A DNA stretch of 64,000 nucleotides from Kiritimatiellia bacterium. Its GTDB lineage: Bacteria; Verrucomicrobiota; Kiritimatiellia; RFP12; UBA1067. Within the stretch, counting starts at the first letter, position 1. Each line of letters opens with the position of its first letter. Position numbers and translations under genes: made by a program. The notes under the pieces are model-generated. The model did not search any database and was not told where the DNA came from. It was given only the letters and a program-made list of their open reading frames with translations. The stretch covers positions 30,088-94,087 of the forward strand of contig JAZQGX010000291.1 of assembly GCA_045540275.1 (NCBI GenBank). The letters are read 5' to 3'. Positions 21,212 through 31,798 of this stretch are shown here, piece after piece.

Positions 21212-23227
21212 TTAAATGCGGAAAAGCTCGCGAGCTCTGGATTCAACATTCTCCGGGGTAAAGCCGTATTCCGCCGCCAGTCGATTCGATGGGGCAGACG
21301 CGCCGAAATGATCGATGGTAATCAGCGTCGAGGCGCGGCAGCCGGACAGATATTTGTGCCAGCCGAACGAAGTGCCGGCTTCAATTGCCATTCTGCGCTG
21401 GCAGTTGACATCGATAATCCGCTCGCGGTATGCGCGATTCTGCTTTTCAAAGAGTTCCCAGCTGGGCATTGATACCACGCGAACGTTCTTGTCGGTCATA
21501 CGCTTGGCGGCGGCCAAAGCGATTTCTACTTCCGAACCGCTTGCCATCATTATCAAATCGGGAGTGCTCATGATGTCGCGGGTCTGCCAGAGAATGTAAG
21601 CACCCTTCTCGACATTTTCACACGATGTTACGCTGGCGCGGTCAATTACGGGCAGATTCTGCCTTGAGAGCAGCATCACCGTTGGACCTTTTTGGTTGCG
21701 CAATGCGATCTGCCAAGCCGCAGCCGTCTCATTGGCATCGGCAGGGCGCAGCACCGTCAGCCCCGGCATGCAGCGCAACGCCGCCAGATGCTCGATCGGC
21801 TCGTGGGTCGCGCCGTCTTCGCCGACATGAAAACTGTCGTGCGTAAAGATGTAAATCACCGGAAGACGCATCAGGCTCGCCAACCGCATCGCCGGACGGC
21901 AATAATCGCTGAATACCAAGAAGGTGGCGGCATAGGGACGGAAAAAGCCATGAGCGGCCAATCCATTGACAAAGCAGGACATCGCCAATTCACGGATTCC
22001 AAAATGGAAATTGCGTCCGCCGAATTTACCCGCTTCGATAAAATCGTATGCCTTGAGTATGGTGTTGTTTGACGGCCCCAAGTCGGCCGAGCCTCCAACC
22101 AGCTGCGGAATGCCCGCGGCAAGCGCGTTCATAATCTGACCGGACGCGCTTCTGGTGGCGATAGCTTTCTCCACCGGAAATCCGGGCATCATGCCGCCGA
22201 TATCCTCGGGCAGCCGGTCGTTGGCCATGCAATCCCAAAGCTGGGCCTTCTCCGGATGTGCCTTGCTCCATTCGGCGAAGTTGCGCTTCCATTTGTTGTG
22301 AACCCGCTTGCACTTAGAGAACCGTTCGGTGAACAATGCGCGAATTTCATCAGGCACATTGAATTCCGCCTCGGGCAGACCGAGATTTTTCTTGGCGAGC
22401 AACACCTCTTCCGCTCCCAAAGGCGCGCCATGCGAACTTGCCGAATCGCACTTGTTGGGCGAACCGTAGGCGATGTGCGTATTGCATATAATCATAACCG
22501 GACGACCGGTCAGCTTGAGCGCCTTGCGAATCGTCTTGTCGATCGAATCAATATCGTGGCCATCGGTTTCGAGCACGTGCCAGCCGTATGCCTTGAAGCG
22601 CATACGGTGATCGTCGCTCATCGACAGCCCGGTTCCGCCCTCGATGGTAATGCGGTTGCAGTCGTAAAAAACCACGAGCTTCTCGAGTGCAAGATGCCCC
22701 GCCAGCGATGCCGCTTCGTGGCTCACGCCCTCCTCCAGATCGCCGTCGCCGCAAAAAACCCAGGTGCGGTGATCGACAACCGGCGTCTCGCCCTCGACAT
22801 TGAAGCGTTCTGCCAGCATCCGTTCGGCGCAAGCCATGCCGACCGCCGCAGCCAACCCCTGTCCCAGCGGACCGGTAGTGATGTCAACGCTTGGGGCGAT
22901 GCCGAATTCAGGATGGCCGGGGGTTTTGCTTCCCCACTGCCGGAAAGCATGCAAATCTTCCAGTGAAATCGGGAAGCCTGCAAGATGCGCGAGCGAATAC
23001 TGCAATGCCGAAAGATGCCCGCCGCTCAAAACAAAGCGATCGCGGTCGCTCCAAGTCTGAGCGGTCGCGTCAACTTTGAGATATCTGAGCCAAAGCACCG
23101 TTGCGACATCGGCCAATCCCATTGCACCGCCGGGGTGTCCTGAATTGGCCTTTTGCACCATATCCATAACCAATCCGCGAACGGTATTGGCCGCTTTTGC
23201 ATACATCTGGCAAACTTCTTGATTCAT
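21212..23227 (-). CDS. tkt: Transketolase
   Basis: 671 aa with SGHPGGAMG and THDSFHVGEDGATHEPIEH motifs. Confidence 0.92.
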   Translation of the reverse strand: MNQEVCQMYAKAANTVRGLVMDMVQKANSGHPGGAMGLADVATVLWLRYLKVDATAQTWSDRDRFVLSGGHLSALQYSLAHLAGFPISLEDLHAFRQWGSKTPGHPEFGIAPSVDITTGPLGQGLAAAVGMACAERMLAERFNVEGETPVVDHRTWVFCGDGDLEEGVSHEAASLAGHLALEKLVVFYDCNRITIEGGTGLSMSDDHRMRFKAYGWHVLETDGHDIDSIDKTIRKALKLTGRPVMIICNTHIAYGSPNKCDSASSHGAPLGAEEVLLAKKNLGLPEAEFNVPDEIRALFTERFSKCKRVHNKWKRNFAEWSKAHPEKAQLWDCMANDRLPEDIGGMMPGFPVEKAIATRSASGQIMNALAAGIPQLVGGSADLGPSNNTILKAYDFIEAGKFGGRNFHFGIRELAMSCFVNGLAAHGFFRPYAATFLVFSDYCRPAMRLASLMRLPVIYIFTHDSFHVGEDGATHEPIEHLAALRCMPGLTVLRPADANETAAAWQIALRNQKGPTVMLLSRQNLPVIDRASVTSCENVEKGAYILWQTRDIMSTPDLIMMASGSEVEIALAAAKRMTDKNVRVVSMPSWELFEKQNRAYRERIIDVNCQRRMAIEAGTSFGWHKYLSGCRASTLITIDHFGASAPSNRLAAEYGFTPENVESRARELFRI

Positions 23228-23229
23228 GA

Positions 23230-23769
23230 TTACGATTCCTTGGGGGCGCCAGACGATTTGGTCGAACGGGGGCTCATAAGACAGCTGAACAAGCGTCCCA
23301 TGTGCTTCGGGGCCTGCTCCAGCACGGCGCAGTCGGCCAACATGTCAATCACCCGCTGAATAACGTCCTGTCCCAGATCCTTGTGTGCGTTTTCACGACC
23401 GCGATACTGCATCGTTACCCGCACCTTGTGACCGGCTTTCAAAAATTCGCTGATTTGACGGACTTTGTGTTCGAGATCGTTCGTTTCCACGCCCGGATGG
23501 AATTTGATTTCCTTGACCATCGCGGTTTTCTGGCTTTTGCGCGCCTGCTTGCGCTTGATGCTTTCCTCGTAACGGAATTTGCCGTAATCCATAATGCGGC
23601 AGACCGGAGGCACTGCATTAGGCGAAACCTCCACGAGGTCAAGCCCCTGCTGTTCCGCAAGGCGCTGGGCTTCCCGCGTCGGCATGACGCCGACCATCTG
23701 GCCATCGGCTCCGAGAACGCGAACCTCGGGAACGCGGATTTTAAAGTTCACACGTGTAAACGAAGCGAT
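23230..23769 (-). CDS. infC: Translation initiation factor IF-3 (probable non-canonical AUC start)
   Basis: LDLVEVSPNAVPPVCRIMDYGKFRYE is an IF-3 signature. The frame opens after a TGA at 23775-23773. GGAGG (23780-23776) lies 6 nt before ATC 23769, whereas the ORF-track GTG at 23751 is 24 nt from it. Confidence 0.85.
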   Translation of the reverse strand: MASFTRVNFKIRVPEVRVLGADGQMVGVMPTREAQRLAEQQGLDLVEVSPNAVPPVCRIMDYGKFRYEESIKRKQARKSQKTAMVKEIKFHPGVETNDLEHKVRQISEFLKAGHKVRVTMQYRGRENAHKDLGQDVIQRVIDMLADCAVLEQAPKHMGRLFSCLMSPRSTKSSGAPKES

Positions 23770-24052
23770 ATCTCACCTCCATTGTTAAACCGCCATTCAG
23801 CGGTTTTCGTCCTTTTGCTCTGAGTTAAAATCCAACTTTTTTCAAAATTGGAGCTTGGTAATACGAAACCTTCCGCTGCCACCCTTTCTTCAACAAAGGG
23901 TTTCAGCAAACATTTCATGCGAAAAGTATAGCCATTTTACACATTTTTATCAATGTCAAAAGTTTCAGCCCGGGCATCGGCGACACGGGGAAAACAGGCA
24001 TTGCGCCATGACGCATTTACGCGCCCGAACCGCCGACGGTTCCGTCTCTAAG

Positions 24053-25402
24053 CTAGGCCAGAGCTTTGAGAATCATTTCGGCCCATGTCATGGTGCGCTC
24101 GAACTGCTCCAGACCGTATGACTCGTTGGGCGCATGGATCCGGTCGCGTTCGGAGCCGAATCCCACCAGCAGCGGAGCTCCGCCCGATACACGGTGCAAC
24201 TCGCCGATGACGGGGATGGACGCCCCGTCCCAGACAAAGACGGAACCTCGCTCGTCGAGACGGTCCAACTCCTCCTTGGCAATCATGAAAAGCGGACTGC
24301 CCAGCGAGAGTCTGAAGCCCGGAGTGCCTATATGCACCTCGCCGACGGACGCCTTCATGCCCGGAGGACAATGCGATTCGATATGCGCCTTGACCGCCTC
24401 GAAAACCTGAGCAGGCGACTGGTTCGGTACCAGCCGGAGCGAAATCTTGGCGAATGCGCTATTGGGTATTACCGTCTTCGATCCGTCACCGCCATATCCT
24501 GAATGAATGCCGTTGACCTCGAGCGTCGGACGGAAGCACATACGCTCGCACATGGGCATCCTGCGTTCGCCGCCAAGGGGGGCAACCCCGGTTTCACGCT
24601 CATAACTCTCTGCGTCCAGCGCGCCGGCGGCGGCCAACTCGCGCTCCTCCTGCGAAGGAGCGCAAACCGCATCGTAAAATCCCTCGACGGCACACCCGCC
24701 ATCCTTGTCGTGGAACGAAGCGACCAGCTCGGCGATGCCCTGCGCGGGATTGGGCGCCACGCCCCCATGCGAGCCGGAGTGCAAATCGTGCGACGCCCCC
24801 TCCAGCGCGATGGTAAAATGCTGAACTCCGCGCAACCCCGCGACAATCGCCGGCCGCCCGTCCGGAGCCGCCGCGGTATCGCATACCAAAAGCACATCGG
24901 CGGCGAGTTTGGATTTGATGTCGGGCAGCATCTCAAGGAGCGATTCGCTCCCGCTTTCCTCCCCCCCCTCCAGCAGAATTTTGATATTTGGCAGCGCGGC
25001 GCCGGACTCTATCAGTTTTTTCATACCGCTCAGAAACGCAAAAAACTGACCTTTGTCATCTTGCGCTCCTCGCGCATAGACACGGCCGTCCTCTTTCAGC
25101 GTCGGTTCGAACGGAGGCGTCTGCCACTGGTCGAGCGGGTCTGGCGGCTGGACATCGTAATGCCCGTAAAACAAAACCGTGCGAGACGATCCGCTCCTGC
25201 GTTCGGCGAACACCACCGGTATGCCGGGTCTGCCCGATTCCAGAGCGCCGGAGAGCACTTCCGCTTCGAATCCGAGCTTTTTCAGATAGCGACGCAGCCA
25301 GGCCGCGCACCGCGCACAGTCAACGAGATGTTCCGGCTGAGCGCCGATGGTCGGCATCGCAAGCAGTTCGTAGTAATCCTTCAGTACTTCTTGTTCAATC
25401 AT
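24053..25402 (-). CDS. M20 family metallopeptidase (dipeptidase / ArgE-DapE-CPG2 type)
   Basis: 449 aa. The FYGHYDVQP and LLEGGEESGS metal-site motifs are typical of M20 dipeptidases. Confidence 0.8.
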   Translation of the reverse strand: MIEQEVLKDYYELLAMPTIGAQPEHLVDCARCAAWLRRYLKKLGFEAEVLSGALESGRPGIPVVFAERRSGSSRTVLFYGHYDVQPPDPLDQWQTPPFEPTLKEDGRVYARGAQDDKGQFFAFLSGMKKLIESGAALPNIKILLEGGEESGSESLLEMLPDIKSKLAADVLLVCDTAAAPDGRPAIVAGLRGVQHFTIALEGASHDLHSGSHGGVAPNPAQGIAELVASFHDKDGGCAVEGFYDAVCAPSQEERELAAAGALDAESYERETGVAPLGGERRMPMCERMCFRPTLEVNGIHSGYGGDGSKTVIPNSAFAKISLRLVPNQSPAQVFEAVKAHIESHCPPGMKASVGEVHIGTPGFRLSLGSPLFMIAKEELDRLDERGSVFVWDGASIPVIGELHRVSGGAPLLVGFGSERDRIHAPNESYGLEQFERTMTWAEMILKALA

Positions 25403-25427
25403 CTTTCCGCCTCCGATTCTGTAAATA

Positions 25428-26273
25428 TCACATGGTGCGCGAAACCAGTTTGAGCGCCAGCTCTTTCATGCACGGCGAAACGGACGGCAGCGCCCCGGAT
25501 GAAAGCGCCTTCAACGCAGCGGCGGTTTCCTCCTCGCACCAGGCTCTGGCCCCCGCTTCCGTCATCAACGCAAGACAGCTCGTTTCGTCGGCGCCGGATG
25601 CTCCCTGACCCTGTTTAGCGTCAAGCAGATCGTCTTCAATCTGAAACGCCACCCCAAGATGTTCGGAAAATTCCGTAATCGCCTGCAATGCAGCGGCACC
25701 GGCCCCGGCACAAATCGCCCCCATGCGACAGGCGCAGCGGAACAGATCGCCGGTCTTGTGCCTGAAGACGAAAAGCAGACGGTCTTTGTCGAGCGCACCG
25801 CCCTCCTTCAAGTCCTCCTCCTGTCCGCGCACCACTCCGTCGGCGGCATACGCCAACTCCTCCAGCAGCGCGCCGCGCACCTGCCGAGGGGCGTTGCAGA
25901 GCAATCCGAAGGCACGCGCCTGCAGAACGTCCCCCGCCAACACGGCCAGCGTTTCACCGTATTTTTTCCAGACCGAGGGTTTCCCGCGGCGCATTTCGTC
26001 GTTGTCCATGCACGGCAGATCGTCGTGTACGAGCGTATATGCGTGCAGGCATTCGATTGCGCAGGCGGCCGCCAGCGCATCGGACGGTTCGCCTCCCGCC
26101 GCTTCCGCCGAAGCGAGACAAAATACGGGACGCAGACGCTTGCCCCCCGATGAAATCGCCCAGATGGCGGCCTCATTCAACACTCCAGGACGTTCGCCTG
26201 AACCGGGAAGGTTGGCGGTCATGTAACTTTCCACCAGCTGCACAAAACCATTCACATATTGGTGCAAATCCAT
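25428..26273 (-). CDS. Polyprenyl (farnesyl/geranylgeranyl) diphosphate synthase
   Basis: First Asp-rich motif LVHDDLPCMDND and second motif FQIEDDLLD. Confidence 0.85.
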   Translation of the reverse strand: MDLHQYVNGFVQLVESYMTANLPGSGERPGVLNEAAIWAISSGGKRLRPVFCLASAEAAGGEPSDALAAACAIECLHAYTLVHDDLPCMDNDEMRRGKPSVWKKYGETLAVLAGDVLQARAFGLLCNAPRQVRGALLEELAYAADGVVRGQEEDLKEGGALDKDRLLFVFRHKTGDLFRCACRMGAICAGAGAAALQAITEFSEHLGVAFQIEDDLLDAKQGQGASGADETSCLALMTEAGARAWCEEETAAALKALSSGALPSVSPCMKELALKLVSRTM

Positions 26274-26293
26274 AGATGTTCCCCCGATGAAAA

Positions 26294-28315
26294 TCAGGCT
26301 TTTAAAAACTGGCGTGCCGATTCAAGCTGATTGTCGTCGCCAAGCAGATAGACCCTGTCGCCGCTCGAAATCACCTCGTCGGGTGTCGGATTGACGATCG
26401 ACCGCCCGTGCCGTTCGATGCCGACCACGCTCGCTCCGGTGGTGGCGCGAAGATTGAGGGTGCGGAGCGATTTTCCGCACACCGCTGCCGCCGCGCGGAT
26501 CTCAACCGAATCGGTATGGACATCCAGCAATTCCACCGTGCCCTCCTCCTTCGCCATCACCACGCGCAAAGTCTTGACCGCCTCTTTTCCCCATTGCTGG
26601 AATTTCGCCCAGCCCAAAATCCCAAGCAGAACCACAAAGAGCAGCACCAGCCAGCGTTCGAAACTGTCCTCCGGGAGCAGGGTGTTGCTGAAAAGCGTAA
26701 ACTCAAGATACAGCAGCGCCACCGCCGCCACCGACACAAAACCGGAAACCATCCTGGTGAAAGCCCTCGCCCAATTGGAATCCCATACCGCCTTTTCCGG
26801 AATCAGCCGTTCGGCAACCGCATCGCCGAGATTGCGGGCCGAATGGAAGTAAAATATCGAGCAGGGAACGTTCAACATCAGGGCGGCAACCCACAGCAGG
26901 GTTTTTTCATGCCCCCGGAATGCCGCGGGCAGCGATTTCAGAAAATTGGCGTCCGTGAGCAGCCCCGCCGCCATGTAGACAGCGGCCTGCAGCGCCAGCA
27001 CGACAGCGCACACGATCATACCGGCCCGGACCGATCCGTGGGCGGAAGGATTTTTCTCCGCCTGCTCGAAACGGGAAATCCACTCGCCGTAGGATTCAAG
27101 CGCGCGTTTCCACTTCTTCGGCGCGGCTCTGACCGCGAAATTGGAGATCGGCTCGGAAAGACGGATGACGACCGCGTTCAGCATGGTGGTCAACAGCGAC
27201 GTGCCGACCACCACGGGATAAAACATTCCGCCCTTGGGGAACACGTTGAGATTCTCGCCGAGAAATGCGATAATCAGCGCGAATTCGCCGATTTGCGCCA
27301 GTCCCATTCCGGTTTGCAACGAGTTCTTGAGATCGAGCCCCGAAAAGAGCGACATGACTGTGCAGTTAAGCGTCTTGCCGACGATGACCACCGCGGAAAG
27401 CATGATTATCTGCCAACGGTACATCCACAGTTGAGACGGGTCGATCATCAAGCCGATTGTCACAAAGAACACGGCGCTGAACATTGAACGCAGCGCAACG
27501 CTCTGCCGGTAGATGCGGCGGAGCATATTCGACCCGGCGGCGGTCATGCCCACCAGAAACGCGCCCAGCGCAACGCCATAGTCGAGTTTCAGAGAAACAA
27601 AGACGATCAGAAAGCAAAAACCGAGAATACACAGCAGCAGCGACTCGTCGTCGCGAAGGCGTCCGACCCAATTCATCGTACGCGGGATGAGCAGCATCCC
27701 GAAGATGGTCACGCAGATCACGAAGAGGCTCAAACCGCCAAGCGAGGTGGCGATCAGCGACATGTCCATCATCGCTCCGCCATTGCGGGCGATTCCGGTT
27801 ATCACCGCGATTACCGCAACGCACAGCAAATCCTCGGACATCGTCACGCCCATGACATATCCGGTGAATTTGCGTTGGGTCCAGCCGAGATCGGCGATTG
27901 TCTTCGCCAGCACGGTGGTAGCCGAATCGCAGATTGCAGCCCCAAGAAAGAGTGCGCTGACGGTGCCCATTCCAAAGAAATGCGTACCGACGAAGTGCCC
28001 CGCCCAAATCATCACGAGCGCATCAAACACCGCAACCGAAAGCGCTACCCGTCCAACCTTCTTGAGTTTAGCCAGACTGAATTCCAACCCGAGCGTGAAC
28101 ATCAGGAACATAACGCCCATCTGACCAAGAATATTGATGGTTGATTCCGCATCCTCGGTAATCAGCGATCCGCCCCAGGTATATCGTCCGAGAAACACGC
28201 CCGCCAGAATATAGCCTATCGCCCTCGGCCAGCCGAGCTTCCCGAACAAAACGGAAACGAACCCGACTGAAATCAGGATTACAGCCATGTTCTGAATAAA
28301 CGCCGTTGTATCCAT
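26294..28315 (-). CDS. CPA2-type cation:proton antiporter with C-terminal RCK/TrkA-C domain
   Basis: 673 aa. About 12 hydrophobic spans are followed by two further spans. The soluble C-terminal segment (GKSLRTLNLRATTGASVVGIERHG...GDRVYLLGD) is typical of TrkA-C. Confidence 0.8.
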   Translation of the reverse strand: MDTTAFIQNMAVILISVGFVSVLFGKLGWPRAIGYILAGVFLGRYTWGGSLITEDAESTINILGQMGVMFLMFTLGLEFSLAKLKKVGRVALSVAVFDALVMIWAGHFVGTHFFGMGTVSALFLGAAICDSATTVLAKTIADLGWTQRKFTGYVMGVTMSEDLLCVAVIAVITGIARNGGAMMDMSLIATSLGGLSLFVICVTIFGMLLIPRTMNWVGRLRDDESLLLCILGFCFLIVFVSLKLDYGVALGAFLVGMTAAGSNMLRRIYRQSVALRSMFSAVFFVTIGLMIDPSQLWMYRWQIIMLSAVVIVGKTLNCTVMSLFSGLDLKNSLQTGMGLAQIGEFALIIAFLGENLNVFPKGGMFYPVVVGTSLLTTMLNAVVIRLSEPISNFAVRAAPKKWKRALESYGEWISRFEQAEKNPSAHGSVRAGMIVCAVVLALQAAVYMAAGLLTDANFLKSLPAAFRGHEKTLLWVAALMLNVPCSIFYFHSARNLGDAVAERLIPEKAVWDSNWARAFTRMVSGFVSVAAVALLYLEFTLFSNTLLPEDSFERWLVLLFVVLLGILGWAKFQQWGKEAVKTLRVVMAKEEGTVELLDVHTDSVEIRAAAAVCGKSLRTLNLRATTGASVVGIERHGRSIVNPTPDEVISSGDRVYLLGDDNQLESARQFLKA

Positions 28316-29815
28316 TTATCCGCGATAATTTGGGGCTTCTTTGGTGATTGTGATATCGTGGGGACGAGCCTCGCGCTGACCGGCGGCGGTGACACGGTAG
28401 AACTTGCCGCGTTTGCGCAGCTCGTCGATGGTCTTGGTGCCGCAGTAGCCCAACGTTGCGCGCAATCCGCCGCAGAACTGGGTCATGATCGAGTGGACGT
28501 GCCCGGAATACGGAACCATGCCCTCGATTCCCTGCGGAACCAGATCGTCATCCGACTCGTTGTCCTGGAAGTAGCGTGCACGGCTGCCCTTGCCGTTTTT
28601 GAGCGCCGCCATCGAACCCATGCCGCGATACACGACGTACTGGCGGCCGTTGGCGTAGATTTTCTCGCCCGGAGATTCTTCCGTGCCGGCGAGCACCGAT
28701 CCCAGCATAACGCTGGATGCGCCGGCCACAATCGCCTTTGGAACATCGCCGGAGAGCTTGATGCCGCCGTCGGCGATCACGGGAATGCGCCCTTTCAGCG
28801 CCTTCGCCGCATTGTAAACGGCGGTAAGCTGGGGAATGCCGACACCGCAGACGACACGCGTGGTGCATATCGATCCGGGACCGATGCCAACCTTGACCGC
28901 GTGAGCGCCGGCCTTGGCAAGCGCCAACGCCGCCTCGCCGGTTGCGATATTGCCGGCGATGACATCGACATCGGGATAATGCTTGACGATCCACGAGGTC
29001 ATATCCATGATTCCCTTGGAGTGACCGTGTGCGGAATCGACCACCACCACGTCAACGCCGGCATCGGCGAGACGCTCCATGCGTCCGTAGTCGCCCTTGC
29101 CGCCGGAAACGGAGGCCGCCACGCGCAGGCGGAATTTCGAATCACGGTTGTAGGTGGGATTCTTGTTTTCAATAAGCTGCTGCACATCGGTATAGGAGTA
29201 TAAACCGGTCACCCGTCCGCTCTTGTCGACCAGAGGCAGCTTGCCGATCTTGTTCGCGCGCATGATTTCGTATGCTTTTTTGAGCGAGGTGCCGGGCTTG
29301 GCGGTGATGGGGTCCTTCTGCATCACATCGCACAATTTGGCGGCATTCATCGGGGCAAAGCGCATATCGCTGGACGTTATCATGCCGACCAGGCGGTCCT
29401 GATCGTCGAGAACGGGGAACCCGTTGAACTTAAGTCCCATGCGTTTCTTCTCGGAGCGCAGGAACGAGATGTCGTCGTTGGCATGGAAGCAGACGGGACG
29501 GGCGATCAGTCCGTTAAGGTGGTTTTTCACACGCGCTACTTGAGCGGCCTGATCGACATCGTCAAGATTCTTGTGGATTACGCCGATACCGCCGGCCAGA
29601 GCCATCGCAATCGCCATGGGAGCCTCCGTGACCGTATCCATCGCAGCGGAGATAAAGGGTATCTTCATGGTTTGGCGCAATGTGAGCTGAGTTTCCAGCG
29701 AAGCATCGTCCGGAAGAAAATCCGCATATTGTGTAACCAAAGTCACATCGTCGAAAGTCAGTCCCTCGAACGGAAAATTGTCCATAAAAGATTCTACGCT
29801 GGCATTAAGGTACAT
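28316..29815 (-). CDS. guaB: IMP dehydrogenase
   Basis: 499 aa with a CBS pair insert and the active-site loop [12 protein letters not shown]. Confidence 0.92.
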   Translation of the reverse strand: MYLNASVESFMDNFPFEGLTFDDVTLVTQYADFLPDDASLETQLTLRQTMKIPFISAAMDTVTEAPMAIAMALAGGIGVIHKNLDDVDQAAQVARVKNHLNGLIARPVCFHANDDISFLRSEKKRMGLKFNGFPVLDDQDRLVGMITSSDMRFAPMNAAKLCDVMQKDPITAKPGTSLKKAYEIMRANKIGKLPLVDKSGRVTGLYSYTDVQQLIENKNPTYNRDSKFRLRVAASVSGGKGDYGRMERLADAGVDVVVVDSAHGHSKGIMDMTSWIVKHYPDVDVIAGNIATGEAALALAKAGAHAVKVGIGPGSICTTRVVCGVGIPQLTAVYNAAKALKGRIPVIADGGIKLSGDVPKAIVAGASSVMLGSVLAGTEESPGEKIYANGRQYVVYRGMGSMAALKNGKGSRARYFQDNESDDDLVPQGIEGMVPYSGHVHSIMTQFCGGLRATLGYCGTKTIDELRKRGKFYRVTAAGQREARPHDITITKEAPNYRG

Positions 29816-29895
29816 AAAAACTCCTTATTAACTCTTTTGCCCATTGTTATATACTACTTTATCGCGGCTTTGGCAAGAAAAAACCTCGTGCCCGA

Positions 29896-30417
29896 TCAAT
29901 AACCGTCAGGCAGGGAAATTTCCGTCAATCCGCACCCGCCTAAAATCCCGTTCAAATCGCGCAGATTCCATACCCTGTTTTCAATGCAGAAGCGAAATGC
30001 AATATCCTCCGGCTCGCGATCGGAGAACGCAAATCCCGCCGAACGCAACAACCGGTCGGCCTCGTCCAGCGTCAACTGCAAGCCAATGGCAAACTGCATC
30101 GCAATGCGCTTGGAAACCCGATCCCTGCCACCGCCGGCGAGATGAAAATAAGAGCGGCGATCCACCCCGGCACGCCTGCAAACGAATAAACAATCCCCCG
30201 CACACTTGTCCTTTATCAACCGCTTCAACGATCCGGCGAAGGAATCGTTCCCGGGACGATTTGAATGGCGTGTCACAAAACGGGAAGAACCATCTAGACG
30301 GCACGACCCGGGACGCACACTGCACATTACCGCAGACACTCCCGCCGAGACCGCCACCTTTCCGGCACGGACGGGAGAAGACACTTTCGAATCAAACAGA
30401 TATTTCAAGATATTCAT
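29896..30417 (-). CDS. Hypothetical protein with HTH-like C-terminal half
   Basis: The segment ...RRAGVDRRSYFHLAGGG...AMQFAIGLQLTLDEADRLLRSAGFAFSD resembles short XRE-like HTH modules. The true start is uncertain. It is divergent from the XRE/ImmA gene. Confidence 0.4.
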   Translation of the reverse strand: MNILKYLFDSKVSSPVRAGKVAVSAGVSAVMCSVRPGSCRLDGSSRFVTRHSNRPGNDSFAGSLKRLIKDKCAGDCLFVCRRAGVDRRSYFHLAGGGRDRVSKRIAMQFAIGLQLTLDEADRLLRSAGFAFSDREPEDIAFRFCIENRVWNLRDLNGILGGCGLTEISLPDGY

Positions 30418-30557
30418 ACAACAAACCTCTCACGTTTCTTGATGCAGATCACGCTCTGCGCATCGTCTTTCGCTGCTTTTATTATATGCCCGCACTTCGT
30501 GCCGTGACAACGGCTAAAATGCAATTATTTTCACGATAATTTTACATTCTGTTTTTG

Positions 30558-30575
30558 ATATGTATATTTACATAT
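30558..30575. promoter_or_regulatory. Candidate operator palindrome in the divergent promoter region
   Basis: ATATGTA-tatt-TACATAT is a perfect 7-bp inverted repeat about 40 nt upstream of the XRE/ImmA start. It is followed by TGGTATACT (30600-30608), an extended -10-like element only 8 nt before the ATG. Confidence 0.3.
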
Positions 30576-30616
30576 TTTGCTTTCCCTTCTCCGTCGACGG
30601 TGGTATACTTCCCGTC

Positions 30617-31798
30617 ATGGAAAGCAGCAATAGTCAAGTCAAAGCCGGAGAAGAATTCAAACTCGGCGCGCTGATAAAGGCGTGGCGGCGAAAGCGCAAT
30701 CTCATTCAAAAAGAACTGGCTGCCGCCGTAGACATGGACGCAACGCAGATGTGGGGCATCGAGAACGACCGCAACAGTCCTTCCATCCGCACCGTCTGCC
30801 GCATCGCAGAAGCACTTGGCATCACCCTTCACGAACTGACAGCTCCGCCGCCGGGAAGCGACAGCGCCACGCCTCAGGACAACGCGGAAGCGCCTGCCGC
30901 AGGTTCCGGCATTTTGTCGGTGCCGGGCAGCGACTTTCTCCCTATCATCCGGCGCAAAGAGAAAAACGATCCGCTCACACGCGACCTGGCCAGACGGCTA
31001 GAACGGCAATTGCGCACAATATGCGAATTGGAGCGGGGCTTCCAGACGGAAGGATCGACCACGCTTCCATTCAGTTTTCCATTCGCAAAAAACTCGGCGG
31101 GGGCGACTCAACTTGCCAACGCAATCCGCTCTCACTGCGACATCGGATCGGCGATCGTGCGCGATGTGCGTTCCATCTTCGAAATTCACGGATTGAGGAT
31201 TGTCGAAACCAAACTGCCGGAAGGCACCGAAGCGCTGAGCTTCTATCAGCGGGAGTGCCGCAAATTTACGGTATTTCTCGACGAACACCTGCGCAAACGC
31301 CCCTGGCGGCGCGATTTCACGCTGCTTTCCGAAATCGGCTGGTGCTTCCTGTTCATCTCATGCGGATGCCGCAACCTCGCGCCACGCCACCTTTACAAGA
31401 GGTTCGTCCACGAGTTCGCCGCCTCCTTCCTGCTGCCCGAGAGCTCGGTCCGTTCTGCCGTATACGCCTTGCACCTCAGTCCCGACGACTGGACGTTTGA
31501 ACTACTGCTGAGAATGAAAAACCGTTTTGGAGTTTCTGCGGAAATGTTCAACATCCGGATGAAAGAACTGGGGCTCGTATCACGCCGTCTCAACCGCACC
31601 TTTTCAGAACTGATCAAGCGCCACTACCGGGAAACGGGTTTCGGCGAACCGAAGTGCGAAGAGAATTTCATCGACAATCGCATCGGCGACCTGCAGGCAA
31701 GAGCCAGTGCCCTGACTCACGCCGGGCGCATGGCGACGAAACGTCATTTACCTACACAAAAACGCGAGAAGACCGCATCCAGCACATCTTCGTCATAG
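30617..31798 (+). CDS. XRE-family HTH fused to ImmA/IrrE-like (DUF955) domain with degenerate zinc motif
   Basis: The N-terminal block LGALIKAWRRKRNLIQKELAAAVDMDATQMWGIENDR is a Cro/C1 HTH. The central block has VHEFAASFLLPE where ImmA proteins carry HExxH. The start is moved to ATG 30617. The 3' end overlaps convergent mnmE by 55 nt. Confidence 0.65.
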   Translation: MESSNSQVKAGEEFKLGALIKAWRRKRNLIQKELAAAVDMDATQMWGIENDRNSPSIRTVCRIAEALGITLHELTAPPPGSDSATPQDNAEAPAAGSGILSVPGSDFLPIIRRKEKNDPLTRDLARRLERQLRTICELERGFQTEGSTTLPFSFPFAKNSAGATQLANAIRSHCDIGSAIVRDVRSIFEIHGLRIVETKLPEGTEALSFYQRECRKFTVFLDEHLRKRPWRRDFTLLSEIGWCFLFISCGCRNLAPRHLYKRFVHEFAASFLLPESSVRSAVYALHLSPDDWTFELLLRMKNRFGVSAEMFNIRMKELGLVSRRLNRTFSELIKRHYRETGFGEPKCEENFIDNRIGDLQARASALTHAGRMATKRHLPTQKREKTASSTSSS

